A program made the position numbers and the translations under genes. Of a stretch of DNA of 64,000 nucleotides, positions 51,576 through 64,000 are shown piece after piece (within the stretch, counting starts at the first letter, position 1; each line of letters opens with the position of its first letter). Below the pieces are notes generated by a model that was not told the origin of the DNA, made no database searches, and saw only the letters and a program-made list of their open reading frames with translations. The stretch comes from Minutocellus sp. GHC0000111 (Eukaryota): positions 4,216,001 through 4,280,000 of the forward strand of contig OZ361256.1 in the NCBI GenBank assembly GCA_977018835.1, read 5' to 3'.

Positions 51576-52198
51576 CCGCCTTCTCGTCCTTCACTCCTCG
51601 CGCCTCCTTCGGCGTTGCCTCCACCTCCTCCCTCTCCATGAAGGTCTTTGACTGGAAGCGCCGTACCGCCGATGAGTCCGCCCTCAACGACGTGGAGAAT
51701 ACCGAATTCACCTTCGACAACCTCAAGCCCGCTCCTGGCTCCCGCCAGCAGAAGAAGCGCAAGGGCCGCGGCATCTCCGCCGGCCAGGGCGCCACCTGCG
51801 GCTTCGGCATGCGCGGACAGAAGGCCCGTTCCGGCCGTCCCACCCGCTCCGGCTTTGAGGGTGGACAGCAGCCCCTCTACCGTCGTCTTCCCAAGTTCGT
51901 CGGCCGACCCATGGGACCCGGACATTCCAAGACCATCTACAACGTCATCAAGCTTGACGAGCTCAACAGCGCCGAGGCCGGTTCCACCGTCAACTTCGAG
52001 GGCCTCCTCGAGACCGGTGCCATCACCAAGTCCAAGTACGACATCCACAAGGTCGTCGTCGGACGGGAGGAGTTCACCGCCAAGGACATCACCGTCCAGG
52101 CACATGCCTTCACCAAGAGCGCCCGGGCTGCCATTGAGGCCAACGGTGGCAAGTGTGAGTTGCTCAAGGCATCGACAGGTGAGGTTATCGCAGCATAG
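51576..52198 (+). CDS. rpl15: Nuclear-encoded plastid ribosomal protein L15 (main exon; signal-peptide exon not located)
   Basis: RKGRGISAGQGATCGFGMRGQKARSG, GFEGGQQPLYRRLPK; acceptor cag followed by AF transit-peptide start. Confidence 0.92.
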
Positions 52199-52549
52199 GT
52201 TGGTAGCATAATAAGTGCACAAAAAAATAAAGGTAAACTCAGTGTTGTATTATCAACGTAATTCGAGCTAGCTTCGTAGCAAGCTATCTACGTAGAGCAT
52301 AAAACCCAAAATCGCCCGAGACATGCTGGCAGAGTATGGTCAACATCGTTCTGGTGGTGGACCTTGACTTCTTCTTTGGCTGGCGTTTGGGCCAATGAGT
52401 CAGTGAGATACCCTAATCCGACTTCGGGGTGATGGCTAAAAAACATCTCGCAATTTCACAGCTGCTACTACGCACCTTTCGGTTTCAGGGGAATTGTAGA
52501 GGGTATACCAATAACCTCACGGCCGACCACCCACCGAGCCTCCCTGCCG

Positions 52550-54264
52550 ATGCGAAGCAGTTCCATAGTAGTAGTAGTACCCGTCTCTCGAACGGACACC
52601 AGAAGAAGGGAGGCGTCGCGATCGCGACGGGTGCACATGGGGGGCTGGCGGTGGCGGCCCTGGAGGTGGAGGAGGCCGGGTTTCGCAGGAGGGCGTCGAG
52701 GGTCCCCCACTCTCCCATCAGTCCCGGTGGACAGGCAGAGCAGCACGGCGATTTCCAAATCACGGGCCGAGGCAGCGGAGGGGAATTGGAAACACTCGTT
52801 CGGTATTTGGAGGGCATAGAATACCATGCCAGCTCGTGCGCAGACCGATTTGGCGAAACGGTAGATTTCCTCCAAGGAGATGTTGTAGCGCCCCACGGCA
52901 AGATCGACGAGCTCGTATCGTCGATCGAGAGGCTGCAAAGGATCAATGCGGCGCTGGTCCAGAATTACAAAAAATTTTTGCGTCTGGCAAGGTTGATCCC
53001 CAAGTGGGGGTTGGCCGCGGGACCAGCCATCCGAGTCGCCCGGTGGACCGACAGGGTGGCGAGCCGAATTGTGAGCCGGCTGACGAAATTTCACATCCTC
53101 ACGTTGGTCATCGTTGCCTCGTTGAAGACGATCTCGGCTGATCTGGAGGATGCGGAGAAAACGATGGACGGCTCAAAGTCGATTGCCTTCAAGAGCATCA
53201 ACGCGGCCAAGGCAGCGCAGCGATGTGCTCTGGCAACAGCGACAGATGTGGACGATGCAGCGATCGAGATGTTCGCTGGTAGCATCAACCCGCTGCTCGC
53301 TGGCATATACGACGCGACGAAGGGCTGCCTTGACTGGCTAGATGAGATTCGCGACAAAATTCCAAGCTTTGAGTTTGTCAATGAACTGATGGCCTTCTTT
53401 GCAGACGTCGCCACGCCATTGGCAGAAGGCGTAACGACGATGGCAGAACAAGTTATGGGATATGTGGCAAACGAAGAAACAAAAAGCGTGTGCTGCGATA
53501 TTGTCCCGCACCAGATCACTGGTCTTATTGGCGGTTTGAGTAGCCTGATTGATCTCGCAACGTGCTTCGCCGATCCTCTCGTCGAGAGAACGGAGCACTT
53601 CCTCCTGGATATTATGGAAGGGATCAGCCTTCAGGTCATTGAAGAAGTGCCTTTGTTTGAGATTCAAGTCCCAAAGATTACCTTCGAGGGAATTGGAATC
53701 GATCCTTCCAACGACTGCGCTTTGATAGCTCTAGCAAATAGCTTTGCCTTTGAAACGTACAGCATAAGCATGCCGGAACTTTCCTTTGATCTGCAAGAGA
53801 TCCTCGACACACCTGATCCAGATGACAATGATAAGACCTTCGCAGAAGCAATGAATGAATCGTGTAGAGATGGCAAAGAGAAGCTAACCGATGATTGGAT
53901 GGATGTCGACTGCTGCTGTATAGCAAGCGATGTCATGTTGTGTCCTGGAACAGCCTGCCTAAAGCCGGAGGCTTTGTGGACGGGTTCGACAGACGTGACA
54001 AAGATTTACCAGTCTATATCTACCATGATTACTGGTAGATCTAGTACTTTGCCTCGCTGCACTTGCTGTGAAGATGGCAATTTTATGGACGATGGGTTTG
54101 GTGAAGGGACCGCAATATGTGGAACTGAGATCACAGAGCGAAAATCAGCCCCCGGCGGATCATGCCGTCCTTCTGGGGTACAGGTCGGGCCCAATGCTGA
54201 GCACATGGCACATGCTTACTATTTTTGGGCTCACATTTTGACTTTTGCTCTCATTTTCACATGA
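52550..54264 (+). CDS. Hypothetical long alpha-helical protein with Cys-rich C-terminus; ends uncertain
   Basis: Long ORF with amphipathic helices and CC/CCC clusters; N-terminus may lie in the 52550 frame via a G-run at 52780; a 3' intron near 54180-54282 is possible. Confidence 0.5.
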
Positions 54265-54594
54265 TTGTCTTCGTTTGCGATAGTAGCTTTAGCCAGATGA
54301 GAACTCGGCCTACGTATCTTTCCCCTCGCTTCACGTCATGCGATGGGATGGAAGTACCGATAAAAGACTTGTTTCCGCAGAAATACGTCTATGTACCATG
54401 CCCTACGCTAGCAAGTAGATAAAGTTTGATTATTCTAGTTTTGTTACAGCATGCATTGTGCATAAGATCTTTACGTAGTTCATCGGTGCCCTGCCCAACA
54501 TCCAACGCTCTTCCAGATACATTTATTTACGTGTACAGCATTCACATGTAGGGAGGAGGCCTCGCTCCTACATGTAGCTAGGTAGCCAGTAGAT

Positions 54595-57500
54595 CTACTC
54601 GCAATGGCCGCTGCCAAGGCAGACATCGCCGAGGCAGTCGGAGTGGGCCTTGCAGGGCTCGCCGGAGGCCCTCTTCTCTCGGCCCACCGTCGAGGCACCG
54701 ACAGACGTAGCTCCGCAGGCGGAACCGAAGGACGTTGCCTCGCCGTGAGCGAACTGTCCCACGGCCTGCACCTGCCGCGACCCAACGCTGACCTTGTAGG
54801 AGCCCTGGCCATAGCCACAGCAGATGCCATCGCCGTACGAATCGGAAATATGGAAGGAAACGTCCTCGTCCTCGACGCAGACCTCGGCCGTGTAGAGCGT
54901 CCCCGAACTAGGATAGGGGCCACCCGAGCCCTTGAGAACGCCGGCATTATCGGTAACGGTCCAAGTGGTCTAACCGGGGTAGTTGTCAGTGAGAATCTCG
55001 ACGGTCACGGTGACAGGACAAGGCGTGGTCGGGGCTGCAGTGGGAGGTTAACTTACCGGAGCGGGTGTGGGAGGCACGACGGGAGCAGGCGTAGGAGGAT
55101 TTACCGGAGCGGGTGTGGGAGGCACAACGGGAGAGGGTGTAGGAGGCACCGGGCTGGCGGTTGGTGGGTCAACACCGCACTGAGACTGCATACAGGTCCA
55201 ATAATAGTCCTGTCCGGAGCAGTAGGGAGATCCGTTGCTCGCCGATGTCTCGTAATGACAGCCCTGTGCAGCGCAAATTCCAAGCATGTAGTCGTTCGCC
55301 CAGCCACCGGTGCCACCATCTTCGATAGGGAAGCAGCAGAGTGTCTCACAAGAGGCAGTCGGCGACGATGTGGGAACAACGGGAGCGGGTGTGGGAGGAA
55401 CGACGGGAGCAGGCGTAGGAGGAGGTACCGGGCTGGCAGTTGGTGGAACGATAGGAGCAGCTGTGGGAGGCACCGGGGTGGCAGTTGGTGGGGTTGCCGT
55501 AGGGGCACTCACGCCAACGGTGAAGGGCGTTAGTTCCTGGGATTCGAAATTCCCGTTAGGGGAAGTCCCACCGCCATGCTTTTCCAGAGAGTCGCCAACG
55601 AACAACTTGTAATATCCATTGGCGCAGCAAATTCCGTCTCCATATGTGTCATTGAACTCCAGAGTGTATTCTCCGTCGACGAGGCACATATTTTCCTCAT
55701 ATAGTGTTTGAGAAGCATAAGATCCTCCGGATCCTCCGCTCGAAAGTTCAACACCGGCAGCGTTCAATACTCTCCAACTAGTCTCGTATCCCCAGAAGTC
55801 TGTAAGGATCTCAAGAGTCGCGACGGTTTCATCACACGGGAAGGGCGTCGGGGCTGGGGTAGGTGGATAAGTGAATTCGGGGTCCTGGGCACAGCCACCG
55901 ACGGCATGGGCGCTCTTATCTCCCAGGAAGTCGTCAGCCTGACAGGGGTTGGCAAGGAGATACTCATAGGCTGCCTGGGCATTCACAATACCGAAACCAA
56001 ACTCGTCGTCGCATCCCGGGCTGCCACGATCAGTTGCGCTTTGGACCAAAGCTTCCCGGATGTGGTTGTTGGTGCATTCAGGAAAGTGACTCCAAACAAG
56101 AGCGGCAACGCCGGCGACATGAGGGGTAGCCATGGAAGTTCCACTCCAAGTTGCGTATCCTCCCGGAATTGTAGACGTGACACCGACTCCGGGACCAGCG
56201 ATTTCGACTTGGTCGTTCCACTGAGAGAAACCGGCCTTGTTGTCGCTGCTATCTGTCGCAGCAACACTCATGACTTGGGGGTAGGAGGCGGGGTAACTGT
56301 AACTGGTGGAGGCCTGCAAGTTTGGAAAAGTATAGCAATAGTGGAATAGAGATGGTTTGGCGCGAGAAATGTATGAGATAAAGGAATATTGAAGATAGGA
56401 TACGATCGTACTGCGACATCATGTTGCCTGCGTTACCAAGGCAAGTACATGCTAATGACTTACACCATTTCCAGCTGCCGCAATAATAAGGGCGCCAGCA
56501 TCGTAAATCTCTGTATACGTGTCAACAGATGACTGTCCCCAACCTCCTCCTCCGAGCGACATGGAAATGATGTCGGCGCCATTATCTTTACACGCCATGG
56601 CAGCGGCCAAGACGCCACTGGTACTTCCAGAACCAGAATCGCTCAAGCCCTTTCCGATGAAGAAGTCGATCTTGTTCGGGTCGGGATTCACGGAGGTGAC
56701 GCCTACGTCGTTGTTACCAATCGCGCCGATAGTTCCGGCACAATGGGAGCCTGTTTTGGAATGAAGAGGAGCAGGTAGCGACGAACATATAAAGAATGAG
56801 TCATGAGATGAATGCAAAGTGAATTGGCGGCCTTTATTTGATGAGATATCAATCGGCAAACTACGCGACCATTCATTTCCTCTTACCGTGTCCATGACCA
56901 TCTACATTCCAAACGCCGTAGGTGGCAAGATCAACGCCGACGGGGGTGAATCCATCACCGCATAGTCCGTCACCACAGGGACTTCCTGCTGCGAGAACGG
57001 GAAGATCGGGATGGTCATTGTCATATCTGCAAAGAGTAATATTGCAAATAATTTTGTATTTGCAAGGAAACGGAGGTGAGATCAACAATGGAATTTCATC
57101 TACAATGAAACCTTATGCATCACACACATGTACGGTCGTAGCGCCGGAAAAAAAATAATATGTACTCACCCCGTGTCAACAACACACACTTTCACCTGCT
57201 TCTGTGAACCTTGCGCAAGCCCTCCCGGCCCGGCATTCACCTTGGTGATGCCCCACGGGATCTCCTCGGCGAGGCGGCGCTCACCAGCAGAGGAAGTCTC
57301 GACGTCCGAGCCGCGCACGTGAGGGAGGGCGGTGACCTCGTAGTCAATCTCGACGTACTCGATGTCCGGGTCATCCCTGAGGTCTTTCATCTTTTCCCGA
57401 CCGACGTGAAGGGCGGCGAGCTTCTTCTTGCTGCTGATGCCCTTGATCTTGCCCTCGGAGGCGACGCCCTTGGCCTTGTTGAAGCCGTTCTCGTTCTTGT

Positions 57501-57734
57501 CCTTGATGATGAGGTCGATCCCACCGTCGGCATTGCGGGAGTCTGGGGGGCAGGGGTCTTGTCCTTGTTCCTACCCTTGTCCTTGTTATCACCCCTGTCC
57601 TTCTTATCGTTGTTGCGGCCATTGCCCTGCAACTTGCGGCTGGAACGACCGTCTTCGTCGGGGAAGCCGGCGTTGGCAGTGCCCATGAGGAGGGCAGCTG
57701 CGAGTGTCGCAGCGCTGAGGGAAGTGATCTTCAT
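54595..57734 (-). CDS. Secreted subtilisin-like (S8) serine protease with pro-domain, Pro/Thr linkers and two DGICC modules; exons 57734-57170 (frameshift ~57547), 57026-56887, 56750-56464, 56313-55057, possibly 54969-54595
   Basis: VVDTG, HGHGSHCAG, AAAGN, SGTSMATPHVAG catalytic motifs; signal peptide; phase-consistent introns. Confidence 0.9.
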
Positions 57735-59103
57735 GGTGTGAAGTGGTTGAGTCTGTTATGTTGGTTCGAGTGTTTTATGATGATGATGAGAAAGTCATTT
57801 TGGAAAGTTACATGCATATGTGTATGTGCCGAGATGTTTGCATCGTCGAAAGATGCACCTCGCTGGAGCAATTCATGTGATCTACGGCATCCGGTGCGAC
57901 TGTACGAGTGCAATCAATTCGATGAGGCATATCATTCAGACTCCCGAACTACATTGACATGTACTGTGGCTTTTTCGACTTACCTTGATGATGTGTGATG
58001 ACTTGCTTTCAACTGAGAGCGAATCTGCGTTTTATGGCAAGGGATACTGGACCGAAAATGAGCGGGTGGTCATTTTTGGTATCCGAAAGAAGTACAGCTG
58101 TTGTACGTCGTACATTGCCCGGACTTATTTTCCCTGTGACCTGTCGGCAGTCTGTCATTTATCAGTCATTCATGGAAGAGGGCTGTAGGCCGAGTGGCCG
58201 AGATCGATGATTCGTCTTTCTTTTTGTGTAGGGACGAAAAAGGGGCAAAATAAATCAATATCCCAGCGAGACGGGAGGACGCCACTCATGATGTACAACG
58301 GCAGCATGTCCCAAAAACTTAGAGAGGGAATGGCTGGTGCAATGGATGGGTCCGTCTAGGAGAGAAGATCTGGGACTGGTCGATCTCTCTGATTGAACGG
58401 GTTGGGACCTGGCCGCCAAACCGCCCAACGGGAGAATGCTGTTGCATGCGTTGCAGCACAAGAGACACCGAATCTCTCGCGCCGAGGTAGGCGCCGAGTC
58501 GTATCTGCATAGACATGCTGCACATGACCATCTGCTGCCTGCCCACATGGCATGCATGCAAACTGGTAGTCAAGGAGCTAGCTAGCGAAGAATGAGAGGC
58601 CGCTTGCACGTCATCTTGGCATATATGGCTGGAGCGCAAGACATTGACTGACCGGGCGGTTTTGCGCCATCTCCTTGCCTACGCCTGGACTGGTAGTAGA
58701 GCGTCATCGGAAGTGCTCGTATGCGATCGCACAGCGTGCCTGCTGGGTAGCAAGCACCGCGGCGGCGAATAATGAGGCCTCCATCTTGGCGAATTTGACA
58801 TGGCTGACGGGGTTTCTTGGGTCGACGGACAGACTCTCAGCCAGCTCAATCTTTCACAGCACCATCTGCCAGCCGGATGACTCGCATACTTTTGGTCGCA
58901 CTTTCGGTGGCCGGCCGGCGCGCGAAGCAACCGACCGGCGCGCCCAACGCGAGCCACCATGGCGGCAAAAATTCAAATTGCCGCCGCTACGTGCAGAACG
59001 AAGGCGATATCTCGCGCTGGTGTGGGAGAATTACGGCACGAGACCAACCAGGTGCTCCCGACATCCTGGTGATATTCCCGTTGGTCTCGATCCATAATTC
59101 TCC

Positions 59104-60742
59104 ATGAGCAAAAAAAATAACGGCCGCAATCCCGCGGTCAACACCGCAGACAGAATTGCGGTGCAGGACGCCCTGGCTGAACTACTCGTCCGTCTTCGCA
59201 GAAAGGAACTTCATTACTACAATTTCATCGGCAACAACAACGACTCCTTGATGAATGTGTTGGGATGCAGTCCCATCATGTACGGCGCCGTCATGCACAC
59301 TGCGGGCATCTTGGGTTTGAAGAAGAAGAAACACGAAGACTGCGATGTGTGTTTTTTGTGAGGACAGACAACCAGAATGGATGGGATGAAATGGTATCAA
59401 GACACTGCCTTGCCGACGACGTTCAGCGAACCCCATGCAAAAAGAGCATATTTGTTCGCCTCGGTTCTATCAATCCTCGTGCAGCCGACGCTCTCCATGA
59501 TGATGGATGGATGGCTTTCGACATGGTCACGGTCGAGCAACAACTTCGCCTCGAAACACCGCCGCCGCGGCTCAATTTGACGAAGGCATGTAATGCATTC
59601 CTCAAGTCGGTCGCACCACATCTGTCGGTGGGACATGCGGCGATGGACTACGAAATCAACAGGCAGATGTTGCTCGAGGCCCAGAAGTTCCCTGGTGGGC
59701 ACAATGGCCAGGACGATGGGTGGGACAATGACGACGATGTTGGGACGACGGTGGGCACCCTGACCACGACGGAGGCCGGCGAGATCAGTGAGGACGATGA
59801 CGACGAAGACGAGGACTGTGTGCCCTGTTATGAGGACGAAGCTGATGTTGCAAGAGAGGACGCTACACATGAAGCACACACATGCAGCAGCACTTTGAGA
59901 AGAATCGTCAGAAGCACGGTGATGGCGAGCCAGAGATGGGAGCTGTCGATGATGCCGAGGATGACGATGCCCCTCACTTCCATTTCCTGAAAAAGGCCGG
60001 CATTGAGGCGGCCGACTCAGGTAAAATAAGGGCAGTGCTGGCAGAATGCTGGAGAGCTTTGTCCATTAATGTTTCTGATGGCAACAACAAGAAGAAACCA
60101 AGGACAACAGAGTTCATCCACCATAACACCTCCACCAAAGGAACTCTCCTAGAGCACAATCGCGAGGAAGATGGCATGACGGATGACGACATCAAAGAGC
60201 TCTGCAAAGCTTGCTCTAATTTGCTCCACACTCTTGACGCAACACATTCCAGGTTTCTGAAATGGCACATGAAATGGGATGATGAGGCAAAGAAGGCTGT
60301 GAGAGAGCTTGAAGCATTGATTGCAAGTGCCCTCAAGCAAGCACGGGCAATCGGTATTAGCATAACGCCCAAGTGGCACTTACTCGAAGATCACATCTTG
60401 GACCAACACATTTGGCTACTAGTGAAGAATGGATGGGGCGGCATCTATTGGCTCGACGAATCGTTTGTAGAGCGAGCCCACCAAGAGGGCGTTAAGGAAG
60501 ATCGTCGGACTCAGGGCGTCAAGGGACATGAGGCCCAACAGACGGCGCAGTTCAAGGCTGAGGAGAGGGCATCCAATCGAAAGGTCGAGGAGAGGCGGGA
60601 GCGAAACTCTCGGGTGGCAAGAACAAGGAAAAGGACAAGGACCGAAGCTGTTAAAGCAGAAACTGATGACAAGCGCCAACAAATGATCATGATGGCCACC
60701 GATGGAGATGAGGATGTAGAGATGGGAGCAGGGCATGTATAA
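59104..60742 (+). mobile_element. Degenerate, probably internally deleted Chapaev/Transib-like DDE transposase relic
   Basis: ITPKWHLLEDH..GG....DESFVERAHQ resembles the His-pair plus catalytic-Glu region of this group. Three overlapping broken ORFs; no TIRs found by eye. Confidence 0.55.
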
Positions 60743-61282
60743 AATTAGAAAATGAAATTACACTACTACTACACAATAACAAATGAATTGCATAACAATC
60801 CAACTTTTACAAACAGTATCGCGATTGAGCAAAAAAGGTTTGGAGCTGGTATGCGACGTTGTGGATGTGGAGGGGCAGGAAGACATGGTCGGCCTTTGCT
60901 TCCGTGAGGTTGGACTGTCGGTCGAGTTGGAAGACGTCGACGGTTCCTATGTGGAGCAGGATAGTCTCGGTAGGAAGGAGAGCTTTAGCTACATGGGATG
61001 GGATAGCAAGGGTAGGACGACGGTTGCTCATGTTCTGGAGAAGGCTAAGGGATGGAAAACTATCTGAATATTTGCATGTAGTTGATGACCACATAGACAT
61101 GAATGGATTCATTGACAAGGACTAGAAAGAGAAGGCATCAAAATTGAGGTTTGTTTTTTGAATCTCATAACTATTGTTACTGCTACGCACATTCTTCCCT
61201 TGTTATAACTATTATTTGCTCCTCGAGCGGAGAGGCCGAACACACACACTTTGCGTTTTCTTCCACCTCCACCACTTCCTCT

Positions 61283-62266
61283 TCAGTAGTTATCTTCATC
61301 ACCCACTACTGCTTGCTCAGTCAGGAGGGAGACAGCACCGTGAAAGCTTCTAACTCGCTTCTTCTTCGATTTACTCCTCTCATAGCCAACGAAATCGGCA
61401 ATGGTTTCCAGCACCCCCGGATGCTGCCCAAGGCATACATTGTGCGCAGGCTCTCGACGAACCACCAGTTTCTTCCAAATGCTCTCGCTACTACCACTGG
61501 CAACGACGCTGTCAACTATCAAGGATGCGGCGTCCGCATTTCCAGTTTTCCGAGTCAGCAGTCTCTTCAATCCATCCGCAGAGTATCCCGGAGCCCAAGT
61601 ACCAAGAAGGAAGGTAAGGAAAGAATCAGAAGAACGCAAAACGTTTTCTGACCACGACAAGCAGGGAAAGGCGGCCCTGGATTCACCAAAGAGGACATTA
61701 TCAAATCTTAGGTAGCCAATATCAACCAATAATCTTCGGACTGTACTTTTATCAATCTTGTCTGTGTCATCGTGGAACGCACCATTCATGATAAGCCACC
61801 CCAAAAGTCCTTTCGCAGCTTCATTTTCATTGCTCAAGTCTGCTATAAAGCCTTTGAAAGCTCGACAAATTTCTGTCTTGGCTCCATGTAGGAACATCCA
61901 TTCGAGGATCTCATATTTCCCTTCAAAGGCAGCGGCATAGGCTGGGTACCAGAATGACCACTCCACTGATGTACATGTAGTAGAGCTCCCCCGAACGTGG
62001 TGAAGGTAGCGGCACATGGGCAGATCGCCATGGAACGCAAAGTACGTCATGGGCGTGATGTTATACCATGATCCCACCACATCTCCCATAAATTGGCCAT
62101 ATCGTGATCTTGGAGGTTCCAAGTCCGAACGGCCGCTATGAGCATCGTCCGGGTCAAAGCCGGCCTCTCGGAGTTTCTCCCGAGCGGACTCTTCGTCCTC
62201 GACCGGACCGTCGGCTTCGTACTTCTTTTGCCTCTTGGCGGCTGGTTGGTCACCATCAGAGGACAT
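61283..62266 (-). CDS. Ankyrin-repeat protein
   Basis: TPMTYFAFHGDLPMCRYL..RG and YPAYAAAFEGKYEILEWMFLHGA; NLS-like PAAKRQKK. Confidence 0.75.
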   Translation of the reverse strand: MSSDGDQPAAKRQKKYEADGPVEDEESAREKLREAGFDPDDAHSGRSDLEPPRSRYGQFMGDVVGSWYNITPMTYFAFHGDLPMCRYLHHVRGSSTTCTSVEWSFWYPAYAAAFEGKYEILEWMFLHGAKTEICRAFKGFIADLSNENEAAKGLLGWLIMNGAFHDDTDKIDKSTVRRLLVDIGYLRFDNVLFGESRAAFPCLSWSENVLRSSDSFLTFLLGTWAPGYSADGLKRLLTRKTGNADAASLIVDSVVASGSSESIWKKLVVRREPAHNVCLGQHPGVLETIADFVGYERSKSKKKRVRSFHGAVSLLTEQAVVGDEDNY

Positions 62267-63110
62267 GCTGAATAGACCCTTGGAAATGCCCCGCTGCTCG
62301 CTACAACGATACGTTTGCGCATGTACGGCACTACCTGCTAATAGAGCAGATACATGTACGAGTAGTGAGGCAAGCGTAAGCATGACAGCATGACATGCGT
62401 ACCTAGGTACAATTGTAACGCCGTCTCTCGCCGCCAGCCGGCCAGCCCTTGATGACGAAGGATCGAAAGTGCGCAAACCGCCACAGAGACCGCGGTAAAC
62501 CGACCACCATCTGCCATGGCCAGCCGACCGCCGTGCTATGCTGCCGGCGAGAGCAGTAGCCCCGACCGGCGGTGGCAGCTGACGTGATTGGTGGTCATCT
62601 AGTATTGCATTGTTGCAAGGCAGCGCAAGATACGGATGGCTCACCATGATGTGCGTGAAAATAAACCGTCACGGGCAACCGCCAAAGGCCGGCTCTTTCT
62701 TGGCGGGTTTGCAATGCGAAGCATCGAATCAGCGCCATGACAGCCGGCTCATAAAAAGAACACTGCGATCAAAGCAAAGCATATCAAACAATATCCCGTA
62801 ATTGACTTGTCGAAGCAAAAGACTCGCAGCAAGTGAAGAACTAAAGCCAGCATAAGCACAGATAGGAACCCCAGTACGTGTAACCCCAGGCGGCACCGAG
62901 CAACTTGATAAATAACAAGCGGAATCATTGATATCTGTTAATCTGGCCGGCACATCGGATCAAAGAGATTACACGCGAACATTTGAGGTACGCGTCCCTG
63001 TCTTTTGTATCGTCTCTCTCTTCTTGAATGGGTTTATCGTTACTTCAATATCATCACCATCTGACGGCCCTCGCCTTCCTTGGCCCATTTCATTTCTCCC
63101 AGTACGATCG

Positions 63111-64000
63111 ATGAAGATTATTTCGTCCATTGTGACTTTTTGCGCCTTCAGCACGCCACTTGTTTGTTCGGCTGCGGAGGTGAGTCGTTTGGATGCTTTT
63201 CTCACTTCTAGCTAGGAGATGGGTCAAATCTTTGTATAGTTCCTCTTCTACGTGTCGTGTACATTCGTAGTACACCTCTTACCTCGTCATATTTTGTTCA
63301 ATGACTCACGCAGGAAAGGCCCGCGAATAGCAGCCACCTGATCGGCAGTGGTATAGACGACCATGCCATCTCTCTCCCCGCATCAGCTGATTCTCGTCAC
63401 CTTCGCGGCGGAAAGGATTCTGTGGTCGGGGGGACAGAAGATGCTGATAGATTGGATACGCTAGCAGGGCGCACAAGAATTCTGAATCCAGATACCGGTA
63501 CTTGCACCTCTCAGTGCAATGCAACCCATTCTTGTCAAGGAGAGTTCTTCAGTCAGTGTGATATTGAATGCGTTGGGAGCTCAGGAAGGTATCAGGGATG
63601 CAACGGGATTAGGGCGGTGGGCTCGTCAGTTACTTGTATCGACTACCGCGCTTGCTACGGATCTACCTTCCACCGCAGCGAGGTTACCTGCTCCCGTCAA
63701 ACCGCAACGTGTTTCAACTCCAAATTTCATCAAAGTGCCGTCGCCTGTAAGGGGACTTCCTCTTGCGATAATGCAGCCTTCCAGTATCCGTGCAACTGCT
63801 GCTTGGAAGGACCATCCCAAGATTGCCAAGCTCCTTCCTGTGTGAGCAACGGCAAGCCCGATGCCGACTTTTGCCAATCGACGTTCCTTGGCAAGACCTG
63901 CAAAGATTGGGGAAATCCCATCTGCAAGGACGTAGAAGTTGAGTCGCCCCAGCCTCTCCATCCTGCCGCTGGCTGCACGCTGAATGAGGACGTCGTTGTG
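63111..64000 (+). CDS. Secreted Cys-rich protein; exons 63111-63179, 63314->64000 (not assembled in ORF track)
   Basis: Signal peptide MKIISSIVTFCAFSTPLVCSA; GAG|gtgagt...cag|GAA; open frame with RHLRGG, TRIL, then CTSQC..SC..VTC..AC..CNCC..FC..GKTCKDWGNPIC. Confidence 0.8.

Noticed and set aside
54970..55050. In-frame TAA/TAG as evidence of stop-codon reassignment
   Set aside because: Other genes end normally in TAA or TAG, and long ORFs lack such internal stops.
55035..55056. 22-nt GT-AG micro-intron
   Set aside because: Too short, and removing it breaks the frame of the downstream module.
58600..61280. Terminal inverted repeats for the transposase relic, and a Ulp1-like fragment at 60807-61118
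   Set aside because: No matching ends found by eye; the fragment lacks catalytic motifs.

Overview
Gene-dense eukaryotic nuclear DNA, almost certainly a diatom and probably a flagellate-sperm (non-pennate) lineage. Evidence: short GT-AG introns, ASAFAP-type bipartite plastid-targeting peptides, RXL pro-peptide motifs, diatom-type protein families, and a CFAP97-domain gene. About 25 genes are visible, several as head-to-head pairs. Housekeeping genes include CDC48/p97, RPAP1-like, GCFC-like, an importin-beta-like protein, plastid L15, G6PDH and glucokinase. Highlights: (1) a 9-exon soluble class III cyclase with adenylyl-type specificity residues, preceded by five tandem FixL-type PAS domains that all keep the heme-ligand His and distal Arg, i.e. 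a candidate multi-heme gas-sensing cAMP generator; (2) G6PDH and bacterial-type glucokinase diverging from a 256-bp spacer; (3) a secreted RXL/KXXK/Cys-repeat protein with silaffin-like motifs, whose repeat exon is missed by the ORF track; (4) a possible intron newly created from coding sequence in a subtilisin gene; (5) a divergent pair of putative flagellar genes; (6) a Chapaev/Transib-like transposase relic. Many 1-2 nt frameshifts in short runs, plus a 200-N gap, point to assembly errors, so broken ORFs should not be read as pseudogenes. All exon boundaries were read by eye and family calls rest on motif recall, not database searches.
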